DNA of 63,855 nucleotides, filler included, from Olpidium bornovanus S191 (Eukaryota; Fungi; Olpidiomycota): assembly GCA_017911155.1 (NCBI GenBank). It is 33 parts of 33 records of this genome, joined end to end, with 100 filler letters (N's around TTAATTAATTAA, not from the genome) between each part and the next. Parts side by side here need not be neighbours in the genome. Positions count along the whole stretch, not along the records: positions 10,408 to 12,522 come from JAEFCI010004453.1; positions 12,623 to 13,633 come from JAEFCI010005877.1; positions 13,734 to 15,737 come from JAEFCI010011862.1; positions 15,838 to 20,225 come from JAEFCI010001555.1; positions 20,326 to 21,427 come from JAEFCI010001328.1; positions 21,528 to 23,235 come from JAEFCI010000461.1; positions 23,336 to 24,935 come from JAEFCI010003343.1; 26 more parts are not named here. One strand, written 5' to 3'. Below, one piece after another: positions 12,511-24,610 of this stretch (its first letter is position 1; the number at the start of each line of letters is the position of its first letter). The translations under genes and the position numbers were made by a program. The notes beneath the pieces were generated by a model, which was not told where the DNA came from, made no database searches, and saw only the letters and a list, made by a program, of their open reading frames with translations.

Positions 12511-14114
12511 CCCACACCCACANNNNNNNNNNNNNNNNNNNNNNNNNNNNNNNNNNNNNNNNNNNNTTAATTAATTAANNNNNNNNNNNNNNNNNNNNNN
12601 NNNNNNNNNNNNNNNNNNNNNNGCATGGTGTTACAGTGTTTTTGAAGGGAGAAGAAGTGGTAAAGTGTTGTGGTGAGGTTGAAAAAGGTCCTTTTGACGA
12701 CGGGGGGCGCGCCATTATATAATGCCCCGCGGAGTCAGCGGCAGAGGCGAGGCGCCGGGGCGTTCGCTTTTTCGAGAGGGCGGAGAGGAAACACGCGGAG
12801 CCCCCCGCGTGTCGGGGCCCCGCGTGTCGGGGGGAAGCTGAGTGTTTGCCGTGAAACTCAGGCGGGGCCGAATCGGGGCGCGGCGTTCCATATTTGATTG
12901 GTCGGGCGGGCGCGGGGGTGGTTGAGCCGCCATCCACGTCCGGGCAAGGCCCCCCTGAGGAGAAAAAGGGGGAGGGGGAAATGATATATGACGACTAAAC
13001 GCTTATTAGACTGGCCCTCCCGCCCCTTCCCCCTCCCCCTTTCAGTGTTCTAATTGTCGACGTCCTGGCACATGGACCCAGTTTCCAGCCCCTCGGAAAA
13101 AGAGGGATATGACGAGCTCCCGAAACCGTACAGCGGAGTGCCTCCGGCGTCGTCAACGCGAGTGCTGCCGTCTTCATTGATAATTGTAACGTGCCCAGCG
13201 ACCTCGGCAAACCACGTTTCTCTGAGCATTCGCAGCAGTTTAAAGTGCCGACGTTGGAGAAGCCACGAGGATCGTCGGCGCTTCCGTCCTCGTCGGAGGG
13301 GGTTCTTGGGCTTGGCGGGCGGAGTTCCTCCCGTAGCCTGCACGCCTTGGTTCTTACCGGTTGCTTGATCGGCGGTTGGGCCGGGGTTTTTGACCTCGGC
13401 CTTTTCCCTCCGCTGCCGAGCATCGATCTCGGCCTGCTGCGCCGCCGGTTTGCAACCAGTAGAGAATCGATTTGTCTGGGGCGTCGAATCGGTCGGAATT
13501 TTCTGGCCGACCCATGGGGATAGTTTTGCAGTTCCATATTAGGGGTGTCAAACCACGGGTGATACGGCCGTCAAAGAACCGGTGATACCGTATGATGGCA
13601 GCTTCTGGGACTCGGTCTTGCCGTCGGAAGCCCNNNNNNNNNNNNNNNNNNNNNNNNNNNNNNNNNNNNNNNNNNNNTTAATTAATTAANNNNNNNNNNN
13701 NNNNNNNNNNNNNNNNNNNNNNNNNNNNNNNNNCATGTGCTTATACGGGCGATCCCGGCCCCTCCAACGGGAGAACGAAACGCCTTGGGCACGTGGTTAA
13801 CGGCCAGCAAAAGCGCCGTTTCGCAATCGCCGGGTGTGGGCCGTGCCCGTTTGTTGGCGTTGCGAGAGCGGCGGACGCGGAGGGGGCGGGCAGAGTCGCC
13901 GCTCATCCAACAGGCCGCCGAACCGCCGCTCCCGCAGAAAACGGAGCGGCGGTTTTTTCCGCAGGAGGAAGCAACGGGCAGCATTTCGCCCCGCGCTGGC
14001 CGGGGCACATTACTGTACCCATCCCCACCACCACCACCACCACGCGCTTTCACCGAGGTGCTAGGTGCGTCGCAAGCAGGCAAAGCAAGTCACCTGCGAA
14101 GTAAAACTCCAAAC

Positions 14115-15103
14115 ATGGTACGACAGTCCGAGGGCGTGGCGCGTGAGTGAGAGAGAGACCAACTTTCTCGCTCCCTGAGGCCCAGGTGTCGGCCACCCTG
14201 CCGCCAAAGCTGTTTATGAGCGCCTTCGCTTACAGCGGGAACGTTCTCCCACGAAACTGGGAACCTTTTTCGCTGACGCGAGGCTCTCATCCCCCTTCTT
14301 TGGATCTCTCCGGGTATTGTGGCGGGATGGCTTGGTAGATCCGTTTCATCCTCGTGCAAAACCGGCAGGGAAAGACGAGACTGAGCAAGTGGTATGTCCC
14401 GTACGAGGACGACGAGAAGCTCAAGCTTAAAGCGGAGGTTCACAGGGTCGTGGCGCCTCGCGACCAGAAGTTCCAGAGCAACTTCGTCGAGGTGAAGTCA
14501 CTGCGACCTGCCGCAGATCGAGCGATTCTGGAGCCTTCGTGTGGGAGGAGTTTCCCCTTTTCCTCCCCATCCTTCCCCCCACCCTTTAACGCTGTGGGGG
14601 AAGAAAACGCAAAAAAGCAGAAACGTGAGTCAGGTTCGTCTGACCGGAGTCTGCTTCGGTTTGCCGCCGTCGACAGTTCCGGAACTACAAGATCGTTTAC
14701 CGGCGGTACGCCGGACTTTTCTTTTGCCTCTGTGTGGACGCCAACGACAATGAGCTTGCTTGCTTGGAGGCAATACACTTCTTCGTCGAAGTGCTCGATG
14801 CGTTCTTCGGCAACGTTTGCGAGCTGGACCTTGTCTTCAATTTTTACAAGGTATCGGCAAGGATGGCATTTGATCACTTATACTATCGTATCCTGTCTGT
14901 AGATCTTTCACCTCGTCGGCAGCTTTCTCTTGGCTGAGTCTGCCGGGTGTTGTGGGCTCCCGCTAAATCCACTCTCGTCGTTTCCGCCGCTCTTCCCCAA
15001 GGTGTACACGATTTTGGACGAAGTGTTTCTCGCCGGCGAGATCGAGGAGACGTCGAAGAACGTGGTGCTCACAAGACTGGACCACCTGGACAAATTGGAC
15101 TAA
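14115..15103 (+). CDS. APS2: AP-2 adaptor complex sigma subunit, complete 4-exon gene (143 aa)
   Basis: Exons 14115-14117, 14339-14491, 14677-14850 and 15002-15103, all GT-AG. Protein [20 protein letters not shown]...[10 protein letters not shown]...[28 protein letters not shown]. Confidence 0.95.
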
Positions 15104-15837
15104 AATCGCTGTCCTCTTTTCGACTCTGTGCTTTTTGTAATTTATTTTGTAACAGATCCCCAGATCCTACCATTTGCCCGCGAACTCGGTGTGATTTCAC
15201 CGCACACCGCTCTTGGCTTCAGGGGGTGGGCGTTTGGTGCATCAGTTGCAAACCTGCCTGGAAAGTGTGCGATCTTTCCAGTTCCCGCCTGGAGGTCTGC
15301 TCATTCCGCCTACATCGACTGTCTTCGTTTATGCGGACTTTTCGCCCTTCCAATTGTGCGCTCCGCTTCGGGGGGGGGGGGGGGGGGGCGGTTGTCGGGA
15401 AACTCTGCCGCGAATGAATGGCGAGATTTCGGTTCGACCAGAATTCAGGTACGGGGAGAGCGATCTATGTGCGCAGAGACTGGCAGGCTCCTGGAACTCG
15501 CTTGAGCTTAAGCGGCCCGACTACTTCATTTGAAAGTAAGCGCCGCTTGCTCTCAGATTCGTCCTGGATTATCATTTGGATGTCTTTCACGCTTGGACTT
15601 TCCCCATCTCGACCCCCATGGGAACTCGGCGTCTTGAGGGACGCGATGCACACGCCAACCTTTGGGATGCCCTTATTCTCCGTACCGGCAGCCACGTACA
15701 ACGGATTGGATCAGACGGGAAGGCGTACATTTACCAANNNNNNNNNNNNNNNNNNNNNNNNNNNNNNNNNNNNNNNNNNNNTTAATTAATTAANNNNNNN
15801 NNNNNNNNNNNNNNNNNNNNNNNNNNNNNNNNNNNNN

Positions 15838-18800
15838 CCATGGACGACCGTGTGCTCGACCGCTTTCAGCGAGCGCTAGCTGTGGAATTCGGTTACTTCC
15901 GGAGACGGTTAAATTTATTATTTGCTTCGCGCGTTTCTGGTTGTTGTGATGCCTTGCCAACGGTGCAATCCGCATCTGCATCTTTGCGTCTCCAAGTTAG
16001 GTGGTACATCTTGGCGATATCCGTGCATCTCGCGGCGGCGATGTCAGCGCGCGGGATGGTGGAAACTGTCGCAGTCGATCACTCGTTCCAACGACATGTC
16101 GTCCTCTCCCTCTGCGCAGAACTGTTTGCGGACTTGGTCCGATGCGGAACGCAACCCCTGGTGAACATAAGGCGCGCGGGGACGACGGCCTCAACTCACG
16201 GTGGCGCCAGGCTGGACTGCCACATTGCCGTGGAGAATTGGGTTTCGATGATACATCTGTTGCACCACCTCGACCAGATCTTGCCTCCACTATCGGCGGC
16301 GAGGGCAAACCAAGAGCCGCTTCATCGCCGCGAAACAGAAATCGTTGCGGATCTGGGGAACGATGAACATCCGGCAGCAACAACGGGGGAAGTCACGTTC
16401 TGGAGCATTCTCAATCCCGTGATCATCGAGGACCTCCGATTAAGAAATCCGTCAGCCGGATTTTCCGCCGTGGAGAACGCGGAAGAGGCCTGGTTGTTGC
16501 TGTTCACTTTGCTTCCCCTCTTCCAGTTCGACGCCCACGGTATCTCTGCAGCAACCGTCAACCCGCCGCCGGAGAACTGGGATCTCGTTGAAACTCTCCT
16601 AAGCGAGTATTCAACAGTTTCTGACGGTCACTGTTTAGTGCCACCTGACCATACCGGTGAGGTGGGCACCGTCACTCCTCGGGCGATGTCGGCCTCTGCC
16701 ACGAAAGCTCACCAAGCGTCGGTGGACCGTGCCACGCGAGCCGTGCACGAACGCTGCCTGGTCCTCATGACCAGATGGCGTTGGACGGGTATTCCTCGCA
16801 ACATAATCCTGTTGTTGTACCGATACTTTGAGCATCGGAAGCTCAATGACATGGTAACGGAGGAGGACGACTACGATTGGCTTGGTCAGCGATTCCGCGG
16901 CGGAGTCTACTACTCAGTTGTGCCTATTTTTGAGGTGCCGACGGTCGCGACCAAAAATCAACCGCAGGCCCAGGGTGTAATTTTTGCACCGCCGTTCGTT
17001 TCAGCGACAGCACCAACGCCGACATGCTTCCATGTCCTGCTCCGGATTCTGGCCATCGCCATCCGTCAACAGTGCGAAGCGTACCGATCCGCGCAGCTGT
17101 CTTCAGATGTGGTCCTGGCGGAAAAAGTGAAACGGGATGTGAAGAACGTGCTTTCCCGGATATCTCCAAATCCCATAATGTCGCTGCCTGTTTCAAAAGT
17201 ATCCAGGGCACGCTACGCCTCACGGGCCGGACCGCCTGTTCAGGACGAGGAAACCGTTCAAAGCGAAGGCGGCAGCTTCCGCTTCACGCTGCGATCACTA
17301 GAGAACCACTACGCGCTGTTCCTCATGTACGCCTGCGTCGTTCCGCCTGATATCCGACCGCGGCAGCAGCTATTCAAACGGATGACGGGGCTTTTAAAAC
17401 TGTCGGACAGCAGCCTCACAGCACTCAATTGCTGTCTGGTGGCCTTCTCGGACTACGCAGCGCTTCTGAGGAAGCAGCAGGAAACCACCGCCGACGTGTC
17501 GGCCTTCCTCAACACCGAGCTGATAGCCCCGATAGTCGCGCAATTCGCCGCCGTTGGGGTATCCGGCGGCGGCAGGTGGCGATTCTCGGATGCGACGGTC
17601 GCCGGGCCCCAAGAAATCGTACGGTTTTTGGAACGTTGCCTGAAAGCGATCAGGATGATCGTTTCGTCCGTCCCTTCCCGCCTGGTCGACAAGACGATAG
17701 TCGGGGAGCTGCTTGCGGGAAATTACATTCACGAAGGTCTGGCGAATCCGGGGAGGCGTGCTCGTAGCCTCGAACGAAAGCTGGACTCACTTGTCCCCTT
17801 CCCCTACGCCTGGCTCCTTTTTTTTTTTTTTTTTTTTTTTTTTTTGGCTGCACAGGATGGCTCAGCATTCTCGAGCCGATCAAGCCATTTCCGGCGCCAC
17901 TCAGGAGTGACGCCATTTGGCTGGTCAACGAGTTTTTGAGCCTCCGGAAGCGAGTGGCGGCACTGTACTGGGCTTTCGTCGAGCGCGAGTCGGAAATGAC
18001 GCGGCCTGACTCCTGGCAGCCAGACGGTCTTCCTGATCCGGCTGGCGAGCCCAACGGCGTCGCGGCAAACCCGTTTCCCGCAAACGAGGACAGCCAAGAA
18101 GACGAATTCGGCGGCTCTCTAAACCTTGCTGACGTCGACTTTGAGCGGCTGGAAAAAGAGTCGGTCCGACAGCTGTTGACGGCGGAGTTCAGAGACGCGG
18201 AACGGCGTTTTGCCCAGGTACGACTCTGCAGTGTGCGAGCCGCGGAAGAGGGTTGACATAATTGTTGGTCGCAATCTCCCGAACCGCCAGCATTTACACC
18301 AGGCCACCCGCTATTGCCGGTTTTGTAGATTTTGCAGGACAAAGTTGTCCACGTTCTGCGGCGGCTCGCTGCCCCAAAGACCAGCGCGTTCTCGGACGGT
18401 GGGTACTTATTAATCTTTTTTATTTTTTATTTTTTATTTTTTATTTTTTTTTTTTTGATATTCTCACATGGCGCCGTGGCCGTTGCATTCATGGCGGCTG
18501 ATTATTTTTTTTTCGGTGTGTGCCAGCGAGAACCGCACAACGCGAAGCAAGATCTACATTAGCAAGGTGCATGCAGTGCATCACCGAGTGCGGTGTTCTA
18601 CCGCGCGATGCCCAGATACCCAGGCAGGGCAACATCGAAGTGTCGCATTAATGGCCCTTTCATTTCCCACACACATGTGACCATAAAACCTGTATTTATT
18701 AAGCGCCCGATTTGATGCATCGACGCCGCGCAACAGCACCTCGGGTTGGCAGAAAGCTCGCGGGCCCGGTTTTGGGCGGCGGCGGGTTGACGATCGCAAA

Positions 18801-18936
18801 ACATAAAAAAAAAAAAAATCCGTAGAAACTTGGGAGGACCACCAGCGGCCGCCGAGGTATAGAGGCGGGGAACACCGAGCCAGCCGTTTGATGACGTTGG
18901 CGGCGATCCGCGAGAGCGGCACGGCGTGCTGGCAGG
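15838..18936 (+). CDS. MMS22: Mus7/MMS22-family replication-repair protein (partial)
   Basis: Blocks EEAWLLLFTLLPLFQFD, NWDLVETLL, TCFHVLLRILA, VLSRISPN and LENHYALFL...VPP follow the fungal Mus7/Mms22 pattern. The long first exon reads to about 17750; further GT-AG exons lie near 17890-18218, 18338-18398 and 18826-18936, with approximate boundaries. Confidence 0.78.
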
Positions 18937-19709
18937 GTAAGAACTGACCGCAGTGTTGTAACTTTTAGGAAAACGGTTGGCGACTGCAACACGGACGTCT
19001 TTCGAGGCTGCCGGGGATTTGCCATCCCAAACCAAAGGGAGGGGGGGGGGCGTAGTAACAGCGGAAAATTATCGCCGTCACGTCTTTTTCGTTTAGGTTT
19101 GCGCGTGCCGCGGGAAACGGGAAACCTTAGATATGTTGTTCGTGCAAGGCTTGCGGGGGAGGGGGGGAGGTGGGGGGAAGAAGGGGGAAGAGGGAGGAGG
19201 GGGGATTTTATGCCGAAATTAAATGGATTTGTGGATTTGGCTTGACGGGAGAATTTGGAGGAAAGGGGGGGGGGAAGAAAGAACAAAAAAAAAAAGGCAA
19301 GCATGCATTGCGAGAAGCGGCGGGAAGTCGCCGTCATAATGAAAGTATACGTGAGAGGGGAAAAGGAAGAGAGAAAGAGAATGAGAGAGAAAGGTGCTCA
19401 CGCGGCTCCTAAGGCCACCCGTTTTGACGTTTTCTTGTGCGGGCCTATCTCTATTGGTGCCGTGAACCTGTTTGCAGGGCAGAACCCGGGGGGGGGCGGC
19501 GGTGAACGGCGGGAAGGCGAGGGAATTAATTTGCGGTCAGCAGAGGGTTGGCGGTGAAGAGGGAGGGAGGGATGCGGGGGAGAAGGAAAAAAGGAGGCAA
19601 GAGCCTTGTTTTTGTGTTTTTTTTTTTTTTTAAAAAAAAAAGAAAAAAACACAACCTCCGCCGGGAAATCAAACGCAAAACCACAAAAAAAAAAAAAATC
19701 TCAACGCAC

Positions 19710-20115
19710 CGCGCCTGCTGCTCCTTCTTCTTCTGCTCGTAGTAGCGCTTCTTCACCTCGACGAGCTCGTGGCCGAGCCTGTCGATCTCGTACCTGAACT
19801 CGCCGGCCTGGGCCTGGTGCATGTTGAGCTCCGAGGCCAGGGCTTTGATCTGCGCCGTCTTGTCCTTGAGGTTCTGCTGGTACACGGCGACCTGCTCGGC
19901 CACCTCCGGGCCCGGGCAGCGCGCCAGCACGGCCTTCATGTTCTGGTACATCTTCTCCCGCGCCTGGATCATGAGCTCCTTCTCCACGACCTCCTCCGTC
20001 TTGGCGATCAGCCGCTTCTGCAGCGTCTGCACCTTCTGCACCATCTCGAACGTGCTCGGGTCGGAGCCCTCCAGCTTCCGCCACCGGTGGATGTTGATCG
20101 GATTTTCGAGCTCCT
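19710..20115 (-). CDS. CFAP58: Cilia- and flagella-associated protein 58 (CCDC147), C-terminal exon
   Basis: ELENPINIHRWRKLEGSDPSTFEMVQKVQTLQKRLIAKTEEVVEKE...LARCPGPEVAEQ...ELNM matches the conserved CFAP58 C-terminal coiled coil. Confidence 0.9.
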
Positions 20116-20117
20116 CT

Positions 20118-20176
<59 letters not shown>

Positions 20177-20325
20177 GGAGCGCCCCCCCCCCCCCCCCCC
20201 CGGCGACCCCCCCCCCCCCCCCTGCNNNNNNNNNNNNNNNNNNNNNNNNNNNNNNNNNNNNNNNNNNNNTTAATTAATTAANNNNNNNNNNNNNNNNNNN
20301 NNNNNNNNNNNNNNNNNNNNNNNNN

Positions 20326-21427
20326 CACCAACGTCTGGGGCTACTTCTCCGTAGGCACGGCCGGAGGCCTTCACGAGTTCGCCGATTCCCAGTTCGGCCA
20401 CATCTTTTCTTACGGCGGAAACAGGAACCAGGCTAGGAAGAACATGGTCGTTGCGCTGAAGGAGCTCTCCATCCGGGGCGACTTCCGTACCACCGTGGAG
20501 TACCTCATCAAGCTGCTGCAGACCGAAGATTTCGAACAGAACACGATAAACACCGGGTGGCTGGACATGCTCATCTCTGCTCGGCTTACCGCGGAGAGGC
20601 CCGACACGGTGCTGGCGGTCATATGCGGTGCGGTCTACAAGACGCACGAAATGGCGAAGAAGTGCATACTGGAGTACAAGAATGGACTTGCCAAAGGGCA
20701 GGTGCCGTCCAAGGACATGCTGCGCACGTCGTTCACGGTGGAAATGATCTACGACGGCATCAAATACAAGTTTGCGGCGATGCAGCTCTCCTCGGACTCG
20801 TACGCGCTCTTCCTTAACGGCCGGAAGGCGGAAATCGCGGTGCGCAACCTGCCAGACGGCGGGCTCCTCGTCCTCTTGAACGGAACCAGCCACACCACGT
20901 ATTTCCGCGAGGAGGTCGGCTCCACGAGGATGATGATCGACGGAAAGACGTGCATTCTCGAGGCCGACAACGACCCGACGCAGCTGTTGAGCCCCAGTCC
21001 GGGGAAATTGGTCCGCAAGCTTGTCAATTCCGGGGATCACGTCAAGCGTGGAGAAGCCTACGCGGAGGTCGAGGTCATGAAGATGTACATGTCTCTTACG
21101 GCCACCGAAGACGGGGTGATCCAGTTCATGAAGCAAGTGGGGCAGACTCTGGAAGCCGGCGATCTCATAGGTAAGCTTGCTTAAGGTTTTCGGAGGACCG
21201 ACTTGGAAACAAACTTCGCTGAACTGGAGCCGTGCGCAGGTATTCTCACTTTGGATGATCCTTCGAGAGTGCAGCACGCCAAGCCGTTTGAAGGCCAGCT
21301 GCCGGACATGGGACCGCCTTATTCCATAGGTGACAAAGTGCATCAGCGGTTCCGGCACGCGCTCCGCTTGCTAGAGTTGATTCTCGCCGGGTACGAGAAC
21401 GTCGGACAGTTGAAGTCGAGCATCGGG
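20326..21427 (+). CDS. ACC1: Acetyl-CoA carboxylase: end of the biotin carboxylase domain plus the biotinyl domain
   Basis: GGLHEFADSQFGHIF, LKELSIRGDFRTTVEYL, NDPTQLLSPSPGKL and the biotinyl-Lys motif EVMKMYM. Intron near 21171-21238. Confidence 0.97.
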
Positions 21428-21527
21428 NNNNNNNNNNNNNNNNNNNNNNNNNNNNNNNNNNNNNNNNNNNNTTAATTAATTAANNNNNNNNNNNNNNNNN
21501 NNNNNNNNNNNNNNNNNNNNNNNNNNN

Positions 21528-23235
21528 CGTTTCCGGCGACGAGCTGCAATCCAGCAACGTATTCTGGCCCTGTGATGATGCCATACCTCCGACGCACGTT
21601 CTCTGGACAGGTTTGGCAAGGTCCTCTCCGCCCTCGCAAGTATTCATGGCCTCCTTCCGATAGCCCGAGCTGCCCATGTATGTGGAGCCCGGGTTGCAGT
21701 TTGCGGGGCGACTCGGGTCGGGTCCGTACAGCTTGCAATTTCCTTCGGAATCTCGCCAAAACCCAACGTCGCTTCGCGAACAGAAAAAAAAAACGACGTT
21801 ACTCAGTAGACGATCAAAAGGGAGTTCGCGGGCAAAGCAGCCCAAGGAGCGTAAACTTCGGTCCCACAAAAATAATTGCGTTGTACCATTCGAAATCGTC
21901 CTTGGTGCACTCGCAGTTTTTCCGCTCGACTTTGACGTTCACAAGCTTTTCACCGACGAAACACGCCGAGTCCTGCTTCCTTCTCCAGAACACAACCTCG
22001 TGACCCATCTGGCATTGGGACGCGGTTGGATGCCACTTCTCGAAGTCGGCACTGGTGCTGGCCACCGTGCTCAGATCGCCCTCGCCTGCGAGTCCCGCGT
22101 TGCACCCGGGAACACTCACCAGTCAGGCTCACCGGCGTACCATAGCAATTTGGCCCGCCCCTCAAAAGCCGAGAATGATGATTCCGCCGAGGTAAGTTCC
22201 ACTCACATTTCCGGTCAAACACGCCGGAGAAGTCCAGGTGGACGACCACAGTGCGCGCGTCGGACGTGTCCGGGGGAAGTAGCTTTCCTAGAATCAGGAA
22301 CGACGTGCTTCGCCATGTAGGCTCTATGGCAATTAACGCGACACGAACGGGCTGCTCGCTGAATTTGAACGGAATCCAGTTCCGCCCGTAATCCGTTGAG
22401 TACCTTGGAGGCAGCGTAGATCACCGTGGTCAGACCAACCAACAAAACAGCGATGCCAAGCCCAGAACAATTCGCACCAGAAGCCTTTAAGGACACGCAA
22501 AATTCCTTGGTAGGGCAACGCAGAACAAAATACCACGCTATCAAAGTTACCTCACTTCAGTCGTAGGCGCCTCGTCGTCCACAACTACTAGGATACCGCC
22601 GCTGTCACCGATCCCCCAATGGCTCTCTCCGTCGCGAATCTTCGTCCAAGTGTTGCCAGCGTCGCGGGATAGGTACGTGTTGCTTTCCGTATACGACGTC
22701 ATGTAGCGCCCAACGTTGCCGGCGCCGATAAAGAGGCCCGGCGCCGACGCGACGGAGTAGATAACTCCCGGCCTCGTAATATCGGTCTTGCCGTGGAGAT
22801 GCAATCTGCAATCCTGAGAGGAGAATTACGAGCCGACTCAAGACAACAGGAAACAAACCTGAAAGTGGAGCGAGGGCTTACTTCGCCGCCGCTGCAGTCC
22901 GGACCGTTCAGCTTACGCCAATGACCACCTGAGAGAGATGAGTATCTTCAGCGCGTAATCTGTGAATAATCACATCCACAGAGAAACGGGCTTCGACCTT
23001 CCGCTTCTACCGTCCCAACAACCGTGCAGCTTCTATCCTTCCGCTTTGTACTATCCCTGAGTCACGCACCGTCATCGTACGATATCATCGTCTCTAACTT
23101 CTTCTGTCGCGCGCCCATGGCCAGCTCATCAGGGTTCGCTACCCTGTTGGCAAAGATGACGCCCTCAATGCCCTGGGCCTTTTCAAAGTCTGCGCTCTGC
23201 TCGTTGCGATTGGTGTTGGCCAAGGATAACGTGAA
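21528..23235 (-). CDS. PEP1: Vacuolar sorting receptor Vps10 (sortilin family), internal part
   Basis: NTNRNEQSADFEKAQGIEGVIFAN, SAPGLFIGAGNVG, TYLSRDAGNTW (BNR repeat), WGIGDSGGILV and the Cys-rich 10CC region CQMGHEVVFWRRKQDSACFVG...CECTKDDFE...YRKEAMNTC. Multi-exon. Confidence 0.92.
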
Positions 23236-23335
23236 NNNNNNNNNNNNNNNNNNNNNNNNNNNNNNNNNNNNNNNNNNNNTTAATTAATTAANNNNNNNNN
23301 NNNNNNNNNNNNNNNNNNNNNNNNNNNNNNNNNNN

Positions 23336-24468
23336 CATGCCCTCTGCTTGCGAGTTAAGTGCGCGATCTGGTTCCTCGACGGCTGCAGGAACCTCCCCAG
23401 AAATGGCAAACTCCGGTCTTTCGACCGCAAGTTCGTTTTCGCGTGGTGGCACTGGTTCGCTAAAAGACTCCTCGGGTATGAGAGCTCCGCCACCTTCGCG
23501 CGACAAAGGCCTGTCCTCGGAGCGGTCGCCCAGCATATTTTCCCGGGGCGTGGCAGAATTTACCGCGGGTGCCGACGCATCCTTGCGCTGTCGTTCCTCG
23601 GAAATTCTCTGCGACAATCCAGTAGGCAGCGAGGCTTTCGCCAGGACTCCCAGAGCCTTATCTGCAGGCGGGAGCTGAGACGCCGCGACGCGGGCGGTGT
23701 CCTGGGCAAACAGGAGAGCTTTCCGCGCGGCAGCGGCCCCAAATAAGAAGCCCTTTGCTGCGATGTCCGATCGCGACGTCGCGCGTGCCGATGCTCCTCT
23801 TGCGCCCGGCGAGGTGTCGTTCTGTGGTCGCTGCTCTTCCTGCGATATCCGCGGCGACGGCGTGCCGAACACTGCTGCAAAAAACTCGCCGCTCGCGGTC
23901 GGAATGGACGGCGTCGACGGACGTTGCGCGCTCATTTCGGCGGAGGAGCGGTCGAGTTTCGTCCCAGACGAGGAACCGACGTCGCCGCCTGTCGCGCCCT
24001 CCTGAGGTGACTTGGATCGACGCGCGGACGCCGAGGGCGGTTCCGCGGCCGTATAGAATCCGGTCTCGGGATCGATGAACCCGAAGCCCTGGCCGCGTCC
24101 TAAGAGCAGCGAGGCACGTGAAGAAAGCCACCGACGCGGCGGTGGCCAGAATCAGCGCTTCGGGTTCCTCCCTCCGCCACACTGGAGCAAGGAAACGGGA
24201 AACGAGGGATAAGACGCGGCAAGGACGGCACACGCCGCGACGGTAACTTACTAGCTGCTGCGGGGGGGTCCGCGTCGTTCTGCGCGATTTCGAAGACCTT
24301 GTCCATCTTATCCTCCAGGGTGGCGGCGGCCTGCTTGAAAAAACCGCCCCACGACGACACCGAAAGGGTCGGGGTCGCCAGGGGGGTTTCTCCTCCTCCT
24401 CCGCCCCGTCTGCCCGAGTTCTGCCCTGTCCCTGGGCTTTCCGCCGGCGACATTTCGGAAAAGCTCAT
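23336..24468 (-). CDS. Golgin-like protein (TMF1/Sgm1-type N-terminus), 5' part
   Basis: First exon 24468-24252 contains SWGGFFKQAAATLEDKMDKVFE, a golgin N-terminal amphipathic motif. It splices in phase 1 into a long disordered exon that continues in ORF frame 23288-23935. Confidence 0.45.
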
Positions 24469-24575
24469 CGTTTACTCGGCGTGCGGGCCGGTGGGGTTTC
24501 CTTCCGCGGGAATTTTTTTTTTTTCTCTCTTTTCTTTCTTTCCGGGGCGAAGTGGGGGGGGAAAAGAGGGGATAT

Positions 24576-24610
<35 letters not shown>

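Noticed and set aside
11362-12521. ORFs with poly-G/K/F/P runs (also 19769-20281, 43019-43498, 50046-50782, 59217-60053)
   Set aside because: These are translations of homopolymer tracts. Only the USP N-terminal part of the first is considered real.
12500-12522. CAACCCACACCCACA at a contig end, resembling C1-3A telomeric repeat
   Set aside because: Only about 15 nt at the end of a poly-C tract directly upstream of the USP gene, and not a regular repeat.
13191-13270. LNCCECSEKRGLP, resembling a zf-CW or transposon Cys motif
   Set aside because: The remaining ligands and the Trp are absent, and competing frames are equally plausible.
15418-15737. Minus-strand ORF convergent with APS2
   Set aside because: No motif, an upstream in-frame stop, and no clear splice support.
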